The translations under genes and the position numbers were made by a program. A DNA stretch of 64,000 nucleotides from an uncultured delta proteobacterium (GTDB taxonomy: Bacteria > Desulfobacterota > Binatia > HRBIN30 > BPIQ01): positions 64,001-128,000 of the forward strand of contig CAVXGR010000004.1 of assembly GCA_963761335.1 (NCBI GenBank). The letters are read 5' to 3'. Below are positions 50,204 to 59,445 of the stretch, in pieces. Position 1 is the first letter of the stretch; every line of letters begins with the position of its first letter. The notes below the pieces were generated by a model. That model made no database searches, was not told the DNA's origin, and saw only the letters and a list, made by a program, of their open reading frames with translations.

Positions 50204-52378
50204 TCACGCCGGCAGCGCGAACCACACGGTGGTGCCGCGCCCCGCTTCCGACTCGATCCAGGTGCGGCCGCCGTGCTTCTCGACGATCTTGCGGACCAGC
50301 GGAAGCCCGAGGCCCACGCCGGTCACCTCGCGCTGCGCACCCCGCCGGAAGAGGCGGAAGGCGCGCCTGGCGTCGCGCTCCGACATTCCCGGCCCGCTGT
50401 CGCGCACGAAGAAGCGGCTCTCGTCTTCATCGGCGAGGCAGCCGATGTGGATGCGGCGCTCGGCGGCCTCGCCCATGTAGAGGATGGCATTGTCGACGAG
50501 GCGCGCGAAAATCTCCTGGAGGCGCTCCGGGTCGGCGAAGACGCTGGGCAGCGGGTCGATCGAGAGGTCGATGCGTTTGGACTCGAGTCGGTCGTGGTGC
50601 AGCGCGTGCACGCGCCGCGCGCTGACCTCCGCATCGATGCGGCGGCGGTTCAGATCGCGGGTTGCCACTTCGGAGAGCGCCGCCAGGGCGTCGAGCATCT
50701 GTCCCATGCGCGCCACGTTGCGGCGCACGTAGCGGAGGGGCTCCCCCATCTCGGCGGCGCCGGCGACCTGGTGCTCCTGCAGCTCGGTGACCAAGGACTG
50801 CATCTCGTGGGCGAAGCCGTCGATGTTGATCAGCGGTCCGCGCAGGTCGTGGGAGGCGATGAAGAGGAGGTCCTCGAGCTCCTGTGTCTTCGACTCGAGG
50901 GCGGTGCTGTGCTCCTCGAGGCGCTTCGCGTGCTCCGCCAGCGCCGCAGTGCTGGCGCGAAGCTCCCGCATCAGGTCGGCGCTCTCGGACGCCGTAGCGG
51001 CTACCAGTCCGGCCATCGCCACGTCCTCGACCGTCTCCGTGCCGAAGCGATGGCGGCGGCGGTCGGCGAGGACCAGCACCCCGAAGGCCTGGCGTCGCCC
51101 GAACAGCGGCGTGGCGAGCACCGAGCCGATGTCGAGGTCGGGCGCAAAGGGGGCCTGCGGCTCGGCCTCGTTGGAGCGCGCCGCCCGCCCCTCGCGATAG
51201 ACGCGCGCCGCCAGGGAATCCGCGTCGTCGATCTCGAGGCGGCGGCCGACCAGAGCCTCGCTGCCCTCGCCGGCACCGTGCGCGATCAGGAGACCGTTCT
51301 CGGCGCGGCGGGCAATCAGCGCCCAGTCGGCGTGGAGCAGCTCGCGGGACTGCTCGCAGACGATTTGCAGCACCTCGTCGCTGTGCTCGACGGTGGCCAG
51401 GGTGACGGAAAGCTGGGAGAGCGCCCCGCGAAAGTTTGCGGCATTGGAGCTGCGGTCGAGCAGCTGGGTGATGTCGATGTTGACCGCGGCGTAGCGGGCG
51501 ATGCCTTCGAGGAGCTGGCGCTCGCTGGCGGCCAGCCGATGTTCTTCCGTCCAACCGGCGGTCACCGAGCCGAGGACACGGCCGCGGCCGTTCAGCGGCA
51601 CGATGACCATCGCCGCCAGCTGTAGGGTGGCGAGCACCTCGCGCACGTCCCCCTGATCGCTGGAGCTGTCGAGCACGACGGTGTGCCCGGCCATCAGCTC
51701 TGCCTCCATGGGGATGTTGTTGCCGCGCCGGTACGGGCGCGCCACGAAGCCGGCGGCGACTTCCGCGGGCGTCCCCACGTCGGAGGCCGGGACGAAGGCG
51801 CCGCGCCGCTCGCTCCAGAGGAAGCTGCCGCTGCGCTGGCAGCCGAGAACGTCGATGATCGCCTGATTGATGCCGGTGAGAACCTCCTGGAGGGACACGG
51901 CGCCATCGGCATATCTCGCCAGGTGCAGGAGCGCCTCGGTGAGATCCTGGCGGGCGGAGTTGCCGTTGCGCCGCGGTGGCACCGCCCCGGCGCCACCGAC
52001 GGCGGTGGCGATCAGATCGGCGAGCGAGCAGACCAGGCCGATGTCGGCGGTGCGCAGCTGCGGCGCATCGATCAGCAGGGCGCCGCGCATCGGCTCGTGC
52101 CGCGACAGCGGCACCACCACCGAGCGCTGCAGCCCGAGGGTGCGGGCGAGATGTCCATTGACGTCGCGCACCGCTCCCCCGGCGAGCCATTGCGGGTCGA
52201 GGCTCACCTCGGTGGCGCGCTGGCAGGCGCCGGCGGGAAACCCCGCGGTGAAGCGCACCGCCAGTGCCTCTCCCTGGGGTAGGAGCAGGGCCGCCCGCGC
52301 GCCGCGGATGCGCCCGGCAATGGCGCAGGCGGCCAGCTCTAGAGCGGCTTCTTCAGCAGTGGACGGCAGTGTGCACAC
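50204..52378 (-). CDS. Multi-GAF sensor histidine kinase
   Basis: ASHDLRGPL (H box), LVDNA (N box), VRDSGPG (G1), GVGLGL (G2), N-terminal GAF-like segments; start uncertain. Confidence 0.9.
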   Translation of the reverse strand: MCTLPSTAEEAALELAACAIAGRIRGARAALLLPQGEALAVRFTAGFPAGACQRATEVSLDPQWLAGGAVRDVNGHLARTLGLQRSVVVPLSRHEPMRGALLIDAPQLRTADIGLVCSLADLIATAVGGAGAVPPRRNGNSARQDLTEALLHLARYADGAVSLQEVLTGINQAIIDVLGCQRSGSFLWSERRGAFVPASDVGTPAEVAAGFVARPYRRGNNIPMEAELMAGHTVVLDSSSDQGDVREVLATLQLAAMVIVPLNGRGRVLGSVTAGWTEEHRLAASERQLLEGIARYAAVNIDITQLLDRSSNAANFRGALSQLSVTLATVEHSDEVLQIVCEQSRELLHADWALIARRAENGLLIAHGAGEGSEALVGRRLEIDDADSLAARVYREGRAARSNEAEPQAPFAPDLDIGSVLATPLFGRRQAFGVLVLADRRRHRFGTETVEDVAMAGLVAATASESADLMRELRASTAALAEHAKRLEEHSTALESKTQELEDLLFIASHDLRGPLINIDGFAHEMQSLVTELQEHQVAGAAEMGEPLRYVRRNVARMGQMLDALAALSEVATRDLNRRRIDAEVSARRVHALHHDRLESKRIDLSIDPLPSVFADPERLQEIFARLVDNAILYMGEAAERRIHIGCLADEDESRFFVRDSGPGMSERDARRAFRLFRRGAQREVTGVGLGLPLVRKIVEKHGGRTWIESEAGRGTTVWFALPA

Positions 52379-52410
52379 GTGACTTGGAGCTCCATGGTCC
52401 CGGGAGGAGG

Positions 52411-52426
52411 AGCAAGTCGCATGCCT
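52411..52426 (-). promoter_or_regulatory. Candidate sigma-54 promoter
   Basis: Minus strand AGGCATGCGACTTGCT, GG-N10-GC, upstream of the kinase. Confidence 0.5.
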
Positions 52427-52553
52427 TCACGGCCGAGAGGCGTCCCGGGAGGTGTTGCCGGGACTGGGCCGGTCGTTGCCCGACCGAAATGTACCGGGCG
52501 GGACGGTTGCGGCGGGGCGTCCGGTGTCTGGCCCGGGCGCCCCGCCGCGGGTC

Positions 52554-53147
52554 TCAGTCGCCGTCCATATCGGCGCCGCCGTCGCCCTCGTCGTGCTCGA
52601 CCTCGATGTCGACTTCGTCGGTGGTGCTGGCGCCGTCGGAGGTGGTGACCTTGGCGATGGCGACATAGTCGCCGGCGGTCTGGTAGGTATGGGTCGGGTT
52701 GGTCTCGTTCGACGGGGAGGCGCCGTCACCGAAGTCCCAGCTGATGGTGCCGGAGCCCTCGGTGCACTCGTAGTCGACGGTGAAGTGCACGGTCAGCGGC
52801 GGCGGCCCGAAATCGGGCTCGGCATCGGCGATCACCGAGCAGTCGGCCTCGTTCTCGGTGTCACCCTCGCCTTCCGCCGCGGCGCCGGCCTCCGGCTGCT
52901 GCTGCATGGGTGCCGCGGCGTGCGGCGGTGTCGGCACGGTTCCCTCGCCGATGGTGGGCAGCTCGCGCGAGGTGGGCATCATCGCCGCCGGGGCCATGGT
53001 CGGCTTGGCGCCGGCCCCCGGCGCGATTGCCGCGGGCTTCTCGGCGGTGGGCGCCGGCGGCGCCGTGGTTTGCTGGCAGCTGTCGCATCCGGCCGCGACG
53101 GCCGCCAGGACGAAGAAGCTCAGCAGTTTCCACCACGAGTGGTTCAC
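52554..53147 (-). CDS. PKD-domain lipoprotein
   Basis: AGGAGG RBS, GTG start, lipobox AAGC, WDFGDG..NPTHTY. Confidence 0.85.
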   Translation of the reverse strand: MNHSWWKLLSFFVLAAVAAGCDSCQQTTAPPAPTAEKPAAIAPGAGAKPTMAPAAMMPTSRELPTIGEGTVPTPPHAAAPMQQQPEAGAAAEGEGDTENEADCSVIADAEPDFGPPPLTVHFTVDYECTEGSGTISWDFGDGASPSNETNPTHTYQTAGDYVAIAKVTTSDGASTTDEVDIEVEHDEGDGGADMDGD

Positions 53148-53155
53148 GGCTCCTC

Positions 53156-54037
53156 CTACTGTCGCGTGGGCAGCGGTTTTGGTGTGGGTGGCGCCTTTGG
53201 TACCCGGCGCGGCGGTCGCGGCACTTCCTTTGGCCGCAGCAGGCGAATCTGCTTCACCGGCCCGGGGTTGCCGCCCCGATCGCGCAGCCGCACGCTGATC
53301 AGCGTCTCGCCGACCGGGAAGTTCCATGCGCGCGCCACCATCATGCAGAACTGGACCTCCGACTCCGGCTTCTTATAGGCCCAGTCCTCGCTGGAATCCA
53401 AGGTGCAGGCCGACTCCGAGTCGATGAACACCTCGAAGCGGCAGGAGAGGTCGTTGAGGGTGTCGGCGACTTTCTGGGTCTCGGCGAAGCTCGGTGGCTT
53501 GATGGCGGGCACGCCGCCGATGTGCGGCCGCATGCGGTCGCAGACTTCGGGGCTGCCGTCGCCGAGGGGCCGGTCGACCTCGATCTCCAGATCCGGCCGC
53601 TGCTTCGGATCGGTGGGCGAGGAGCCGAACAGGCGCCGGCCGACGTCGTAGCCGCTCAGCCCCGGCCGTGCCTCGATGACCAGCTGGAACCCGGAGCCGA
53701 CGAAGTTCTTGTAGGTGGCGACGCCCTTGGAGTCGACCGATTCCGGGTCGATGTTCTTGCCGTCGGCACGGGTGATGCCGAGGAAGGTGATCTCCGGCCC
53801 GATCGGCTCTCCCGGTTTTCCCTTGCGCACCGGGCGCTTGGTGCGCACCGGCGTCGGCGAGACGACGCTGCCGCTCGGCGGGACCGTGGGAAACGGCGTC
53901 GGTGCGTAGGTCTCCTGCGCGCCCTGCATCGAACGTGCCGTGGCCGGTCTGGATTTCTTCGCGGCGCACGCCGAAAGCGCCGCTGCGGTGAGGAAACTCG
54001 TGATGATTAGGCCAACGTGCTGCGCTCGAACTCGCAT
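53156..54037 (-). CDS. Hypothetical lipoprotein
   Basis: GGAGG RBS, lipobox LSAC, good GC3 codon bias, several cysteines. Confidence 0.75.
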   Translation of the reverse strand: MRVRAQHVGLIITSFLTAAALSACAAKKSRPATARSMQGAQETYAPTPFPTVPPSGSVVSPTPVRTKRPVRKGKPGEPIGPEITFLGITRADGKNIDPESVDSKGVATYKNFVGSGFQLVIEARPGLSGYDVGRRLFGSSPTDPKQRPDLEIEVDRPLGDGSPEVCDRMRPHIGGVPAIKPPSFAETQKVADTLNDLSCRFEVFIDSESACTLDSSEDWAYKKPESEVQFCMMVARAWNFPVGETLISVRLRDRGGNPGPVKQIRLLRPKEVPRPPRRVPKAPPTPKPLPTRQ

Positions 54038-54138
54038 TCGTACCTCCGGTCCCGAGGCTATTAACGGTCGCCGTGCAGGGAGTCAACGCCATCTGGCGCG
54101 CTTGCGCGCCTTCCAGCGATCCGCTATTGCCGCCAGTG

Positions 54139-54585
54139 ATGCGGATTCGTCTGGTCGTTCTCTTGGCGCTGGCGGCGCTCGGTGCGCAGGGGTGCGCGAG
54201 TAAGAGGGCGACCATCAACGACAGGGTACCGCCGGCCTGGCTCGGCCAGCTCGCCGGTCAGCCGCTGGCGGTCGAGGACGTTCAGGCCAGCCACTCCGAT
54301 GGGACGCACGCGATCTTCTTCAAGCTCTCGCGCTTTCCCGAGAGCGTCACCCACGCGGACTCGGCGGATGGCGTGCCGCGGATCAGCATCGATCTCGGCG
54401 GTCCGCAGGCCGAGGATCTGCCGCAAGAGCAGATCACGCTGGCGGACTCGCTGGTGCACACGGTGATGATCTCGCGCTCCGGGGGCACCGTGCATCTAGT
54501 CATGGACCTGGGCGGCGATCGCGTGCCGCCGTACAGCGTGCACGAGATGGCCGACTGGATCATGGTGCGCCTGACGCCGAAATGA
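54139..54585 (+). CDS. Lipoprotein with possible AMIN-like domain
   Basis: Lipobox AQGC; PRISIDL and VHLVMDL strands. Confidence 0.65.
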   Translation: MRIRLVVLLALAALGAQGCASKRATINDRVPPAWLGQLAGQPLAVEDVQASHSDGTHAIFFKLSRFPESVTHADSADGVPRISIDLGGPQAEDLPQEQITLADSLVHTVMISRSGGTVHLVMDLGGDRVPPYSVHEMADWIMVRLTPK

Positions 54586-54652
54586 AGCGCCGGGGCGCCT
54601 GCCGCCGCCGCTCTTGCAAGCGATTGCGGGTCGAGTATACGGTCGTGCCGTT

Positions 54653-55330
54653 ATGCTGAGGCAGCGTGGGATTGTGGCGGCGGGAGTCGCCGCGGTGCTG
54701 GCGGTCGCCTCGGCGGCGCCGGCGCAGTTCGTCGGCGGCTCGCAGCGGCAGCGCTACGAGCGCCACACCAAGGGCGGCAGCATCGACGACTACGTCAAGA
54801 AGCTGCGCAGCGACGATGCGGAGGAGCGCCTCCAGGCGGTGCGCTCGCTCGGCGAGAGCGGCGACAAGAAGGCGATCGAGTACCTGTTGCAGGCGGTGGG
54901 CGATGCCGACGTGCGGGTGCGCGCCAAGGCCATCGCCATGCTCGGCCAGATGCGCGCCACCGAGGCGACGCCGCTGTTGATTCAGGACCTCTTCCTGCGC
55001 AGCACCGACCCGCAGATGAAGACGCTCATCCTGGCGTCGCTCGGCAAGATCGGCGACGCCCGCGCCACCAAGCCGGTGATCGACTTCCTCGAGCAGGACC
55101 TCGACAAGGAGACGCGCGGCACCGCCATCTTCGCCCTCGGCGACATCGGCTCTCCCGACGCCGAGGAGGCGCTGCGCGGCATCGAGCAGAAGGAGACCGA
55201 CCCGACGCTGCGCCGCCTCGCCTCCGAGGCCCTCGCCAAGGTGCGTCAGCGGCAGGCAGCGCAGTCCGCCGAGACCAACAAGCCCTTCGAAAATTTCCTC
55301 GCCAAGGACCAGCCGCCGCCCGAGAAATAG
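54653..55330 (+). CDS. Exported HEAT/PBS-lyase repeat protein
   Basis: Signal peptide; repeated R..A...LG units. Confidence 0.85.
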   Translation: MLRQRGIVAAGVAAVLAVASAAPAQFVGGSQRQRYERHTKGGSIDDYVKKLRSDDAEERLQAVRSLGESGDKKAIEYLLQAVGDADVRVRAKAIAMLGQMRATEATPLLIQDLFLRSTDPQMKTLILASLGKIGDARATKPVIDFLEQDLDKETRGTAIFALGDIGSPDAEEALRGIEQKETDPTLRRLASEALAKVRQRQAAQSAETNKPFENFLAKDQPPPEK

Positions 55331-55367
55331 AGCGCCTCGGGCGCCGCCGCCTCGTCCTTCCGGCCAC

Positions 55368-55451
55368 GGCCCTGTGGTGGAACTGGCAGACACGGCAGAC
55401 TCAAAATCTGCTGCGGGCAACCGCGTGGGGGTTCAAGTCCCTCCAGGGCCA
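55368..55451 (+). tRNA. tRNA-Leu (CAA)
   Basis: Acceptor GGCCCTG/CAGGGCC-A, anticodon arm GCAGA-CTCAAAA-TCTGC, long variable arm, GGTTCAAGTCC T-arm; CCA not encoded. Confidence 0.95.
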
Positions 55452-55459
55452 TTCAATGA

Positions 55460-55531
55460 AATCAAGGGGTTAGGCGATTCGGAGCCATGGGTGGAGAGGG
55501 CGGAAGATCCGGGGTAAGCAGCGGGTAAGCA
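55460..55531 (+). mobile_element. att-like island boundary: IHF site and arm-type direct repeats
   Basis: AATCAAGGGGTTA matches WATCAANNNNTTR (55460-55472); GGGTAAGCA at 55512 and 55523. Confidence 0.6.
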
Positions 55532-55689
55532 GGCGGAAGGGAGTCGCGGCCCGGGGCAAGCGGATCGGCCGCGAAGAGCGTAGAGCCCCGCCCAAAGCCA
55601 CATCCCAGGGCGATTCACGGACGATCTGGTTCCCTGAGGTCTTCGCGAGCCGCCCGTTCGAGCAGAGGTGGGGGGAACTGCTTGAACCG

Positions 55690-56358
55690 ATGTCCGCCGA
55701 GGACTGGGCCACGTATGGAAACGTTGCCGATGCGTCGCGTGTCAAACAGATGGTCACGGAGGAACTGCAGACGGCAATTGCTGAAGCTGAGGCCGAGTTG
55801 TCGGGCCAAGGTCTTTCGCCGTCGCTCTGGCGAGAGGCGCGGGCATACCTCGTCGTGGATTCCGGCGTCGTGGTCGATTACACCCTCTGGCCCGCTTTCG
55901 ACCTCTCCCCCCGGCTGCAGGCTCTGATCGGGCGAAAGCGACTTCGTGAGAAGGGTTCGTTGCACAAACGAGAGCGGGAACAACTTGAGGCGCTGGGGGA
56001 AGAGGTGAAAAACTGCCGCCAATGCCAACGGTCACTGAACGCCAGAAGAGCGGCCGACGCTACCGGAGAGCAGCTAGAGTTCGAACTGAGAAAGCGAGTT
56101 TGGGATCACCATCGCAAAGCTGCTCAACGCCTCGAGCACGGATTTGCCAGAGCGGATATCGATCTGGATCCTGCGTGGGCTGCAGTACTCAAGGGCGCTG
56201 TCGCTCAAGCTGCTCTCGACGCGATCGATCGGCCGGGGGCTCTTTTCGCCGCCGGCAGCTACCTGGCCAGCCAGCGCCTGGTGCAATATCTGCTCAAGAC
56301 ACTACCACCGCTCGAGCGGCGCGCTGCTCGAGTCGCGTTTGCGGCCGCTCAGCGGTGA
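55690..56358 (+). CDS. Hypothetical protein
   Basis: 222-aa helical-looking ORF with a CxxC and atypical codon usage; no family recognised. Confidence 0.5.
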   Translation: MSAEDWATYGNVADASRVKQMVTEELQTAIAEAEAELSGQGLSPSLWREARAYLVVDSGVVVDYTLWPAFDLSPRLQALIGRKRLREKGSLHKREREQLEALGEEVKNCRQCQRSLNARRAADATGEQLEFELRKRVWDHHRKAAQRLEHGFARADIDLDPAWAAVLKGAVAQAALDAIDRPGALFAAGSYLASQRLVQYLLKTLPPLERRAARVAFAAAQR

Positions 56359-56364
56359 TCCAGC

Positions 56365-56881
56365 TATGTGTTCCTGCAGCCAGGCTGCGAAGCCGCACCT
56401 GCGCCCGCCGGCGCTCCTTGACCGCTTGGCCGTAGGTGCGCACCACCTGCCGCCTCTGGTGACCGGCACGCTCGGGAACGTAGATGCCTTTGAGGGATCC
56501 CTCCTCCAGCTGGCGCGCCATCCGCCCGACATCGAGCCGGTCGGTCTTGACCGACAGGCCCGGTGGTCTCTCCATGCGGCTCGGCGCAATCACCGTCACC
56601 GCGATCTTCTCTTCCCGCGCCCACCACGCCAGCTCGTAGCCGAACCCGCACGCTTCGAACGCCAGGTGCACCGCACAGCCCACGTAGCGCCGCACCAGCG
56701 CCTGCAGATGCTGGATCTCCCCGCTCGTGCTCAGACGCAACCGCTCTGCCCCTTGCCAGCGCACGCAGTAGACCCACTTCGAGCGCGACAGGTCCACAGC
56801 GATCTTCACCTCGGTGCCCGGTGGCGGCTGTCCGCGGTGCTCTTGCTCGCGCTGGTCCTCCAAGCGTAACCTCTTGCCCAT
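56365..56881 (-). mobile_element. IS110-family transposase, truncated N-terminal DEDD fragment
   Basis: IAVDLSRSK, AFEACGFG, VKTDRLDV; frameshift and break after VRLRSL-LQEH; no C-terminal domain. Confidence 0.85.
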
Positions 56882-57026
56882 GGGAGCCTCCTTCTCGGCT
56901 GCGGTTTGGCCCGCAGTCGCTTGCTTGTGATTCCGGGAAGGGTATGGCTCCCATTTTTCCGCGCAACCCGCTCAACACGGAGCACATGGTAACTATCCGC
57001 AATCGCGGGAACAGAGGCGGGCGTAA

Positions 57027-58440
57027 TCAACGAACGTCGCGTGTGACGTCCCCACCACCGGCCTCGCCGGGGGATCGGTGTTCGGCGCTCAAGAGTGCCA
57101 AAACGCGATCGGCGATCCGCCGAGGGGTGTCGACGACGATCGAGTCCGACCCCGGCGATTCCCAAAAGCCGTCGAGCGTCTGGGGCAATCTCGCTGCCAG
57201 ATCCTCGGGACGAACGAAGCGTGCCATGCCGGCTGCCACCAGAGGGGCCATCGTCGGCACGCCGGTGGCCGACGTGAGCAGGACCCGGCGACCGAGCAGG
57301 GCCGCATCGAGAGCCATCAACGAAGAAACAGTGACCACGACGTCCGCCGCCAACAGCGCGCGACGGGGAGATGGCTGCCGCGACATCGTCACGCCGGGCG
57401 CCAAAAGACGCTTGAGCGCGAGGTTCTCCTTCGGATGTGGCCGGACGACCAGTACGCCACCCGCGAGTCTCGAGACGGCTTCCCGCAGTTGTGGGATCAG
57501 TCTCTGGTTCTCGGAAAGGCCCTGCGATACGAAGAGAATGAGCCGTTCGTTGCTGCCCACGCCAAGCGTCCGCCGTCCCTCCGTGCGCTCGACGGCGAGA
57601 TCGAGCCCGCCTTCGTTTTCCTCACGGCCCACGGCCCGAAATCCCTGCGCACCGTAGCGCGCACAGTAGCTCGCAACGAAATCGCCGACGACCAAGTCTC
57701 TTTGGAAGCCAGGGCGGCCAGCGGTGGCACGCGCCGCAGAAGCTGCGAGTTCACCGAAGGTGCGCCAACACAGAGAATCCGCCGCCGTGCCGCCTCGAGG
57801 GCGATGAATCGTGCCAGAGGGTCCTCTCGTCGGGCACGATGACCATCAATGGTCGATGGCGGTCGAGATAGGCGGCGACGGCCGCCGCCCTTCGTGGCAA
57901 TGGGCGAAGCCGCTCGGGAGCCGGGAAGGGCAGCTCGTCCAGCCCGGTGTCAGCGGACGGAGGCGCCTCGAGCGCGGCTTGGATCGCCGACGACAAGCGC
58001 CGCGCCCCGCGAGCGGCCGAAGCGCTGAGCCACCGATCGGCGGCGACATGGCGCAGGCCGTGCTCGTCGTAGGCCGAGCGCCAGCCGCCCGGCGTGATCG
58101 TAGTGGGCCAGGATGAGCGTCCTCAACCCCTGGCGCTCGAGCTCCGGCAGCGCGTCGCGGAAGATCCAGCCACTGCCGAAGCTGACGTCGCCGGCGAGGA
58201 CGATGTCCGCCGGCTCGATCGCCGAAGGCTGTTGATGCCGGCGCCAAAGAAATCCTTCGATGCCGCGGCCAACCGGCGCGAGCGGGCCGGCGAGAATGTG
58301 GTGAAGCCTCTCGCGATTGAGCTGCGCCGCCCACAGAGCGCGGTGGAGCCGGCAAGAGCTCCGCGCCTCCTCGCCCGCTGCGGCCAGAGCGAGCCGTACA
58401 GATCCTCGGCGACTCCGTTCTTGATGAGTTCCCAAACGCT
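57027..58440 (-). pseudogene. Frameshifted GT-B / capsule-biosynthesis-like protein
   Basis: VIVPDER, VRPHPKEN and ADVVVTVSSLMALDAALLG spread over three ORF fragments. Confidence 0.55.
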
Positions 58441-58593
58441 GTGGGAGCCGACCTTAAGCCGGGCGAGAGCCTGCGCGCAGGCTCCGCGGTCGGCTCGGCG
58501 ATGAGTCGCGAGTTGCCCCGCGGCTTCGAGAGTATCGGCGGGACGATCCCAGGCCGCGCCGGGTAGTTCAACGGCTCGGAGAAGCCTGCGGCC

Positions 58594-59114
58594 TCATAAG
58601 AGGCGGCCTGCAGGTCCGAAGCGACCAGCGAATCGATGATCCGAAAGGTCGCGCCCCACACGACGCGCCCGGTGTAGTGGATGGCTTCGGCTTCGATGTG
58701 GACGCCGTTCACCGTCCACGGATAGCCGCGGCGCAGGGTGGGGTCGGCGTGGGCCCGCATAGAGGCATCGCGAAGACCTCGGCGACCTCGCCGGGGTCGA
58801 GGACGAACGGGTAGTCGGCCGGAATGCGCCCGACGAGGGGCGTGATCACGAAGCGCGAGCTCATCGTCTGGACGTCGGGCAGAGAGCCGACGATCTCGAC
58901 GTCACCGCGCCGTAGCCGATCTCCTCCTCGGCTTCGCGCAGCGCGGTGTCGACGAGCGACTCGTCGTATCGCGGACCGAACCTTCCCCCGGGAAAGCCCC
59001 TTGGCCCTTGTGGGTCGGAAGAGACTCGGTCCGCAACGTCAGTATCACCTCGATGTCGCTTCCCGCGGGCACGAGCGGGACGAGCACAGCGGCGCGAATC
59101 GAGGATTCGCTCAC
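58594..59114 (-). pseudogene. CoA pyrophosphatase (NudL-like Nudix hydrolase), frameshifted
   Basis: AAVLVPL, LRT..LPTHKGQ, FPGG, TALREAEEEIG, VWGATFRII across frames. Confidence 0.8.
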
Positions 59115-59445
59115 GCCCGCTTCCAAGCCGAGCCAGACGTGATCGCCGATCTCGTCGCGACCGCGAGCGACTTGCACATGGCGACCCGCAGCCCTGTGCG
59201 TGAAGCCCCGGCGGCGCGATTTTGGAGTGCGGCAGCTTGCTCCCGCTTTGCCCGATGACGGCCAGTCGCCACGACACGCAGCCGGATCGCGGGCCATCTC
59301 GACGGCCGGCCGCTCGCGCGAAGGGCGGTGTCGCCAGTGGATCTGCGGCCTCGACTGCCCGTGCAGAATTGCGCGATACCGAGGCGGTGCCCTGGGATCA
59401 GGGTCGAACCTGTAACTGTCGGGAGAGGCTCAGCGGCGCGGAAGC

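Noticed and set aside
59383..59412. GGTTCGACCCTGATCCCAGGGCACC (minus strand) as a tRNA fragment or att copy
   Set aside because: Opposite orientation to the tRNA-Leu and only a weak match; explained by a short CCCTG/CAGGG hairpin.
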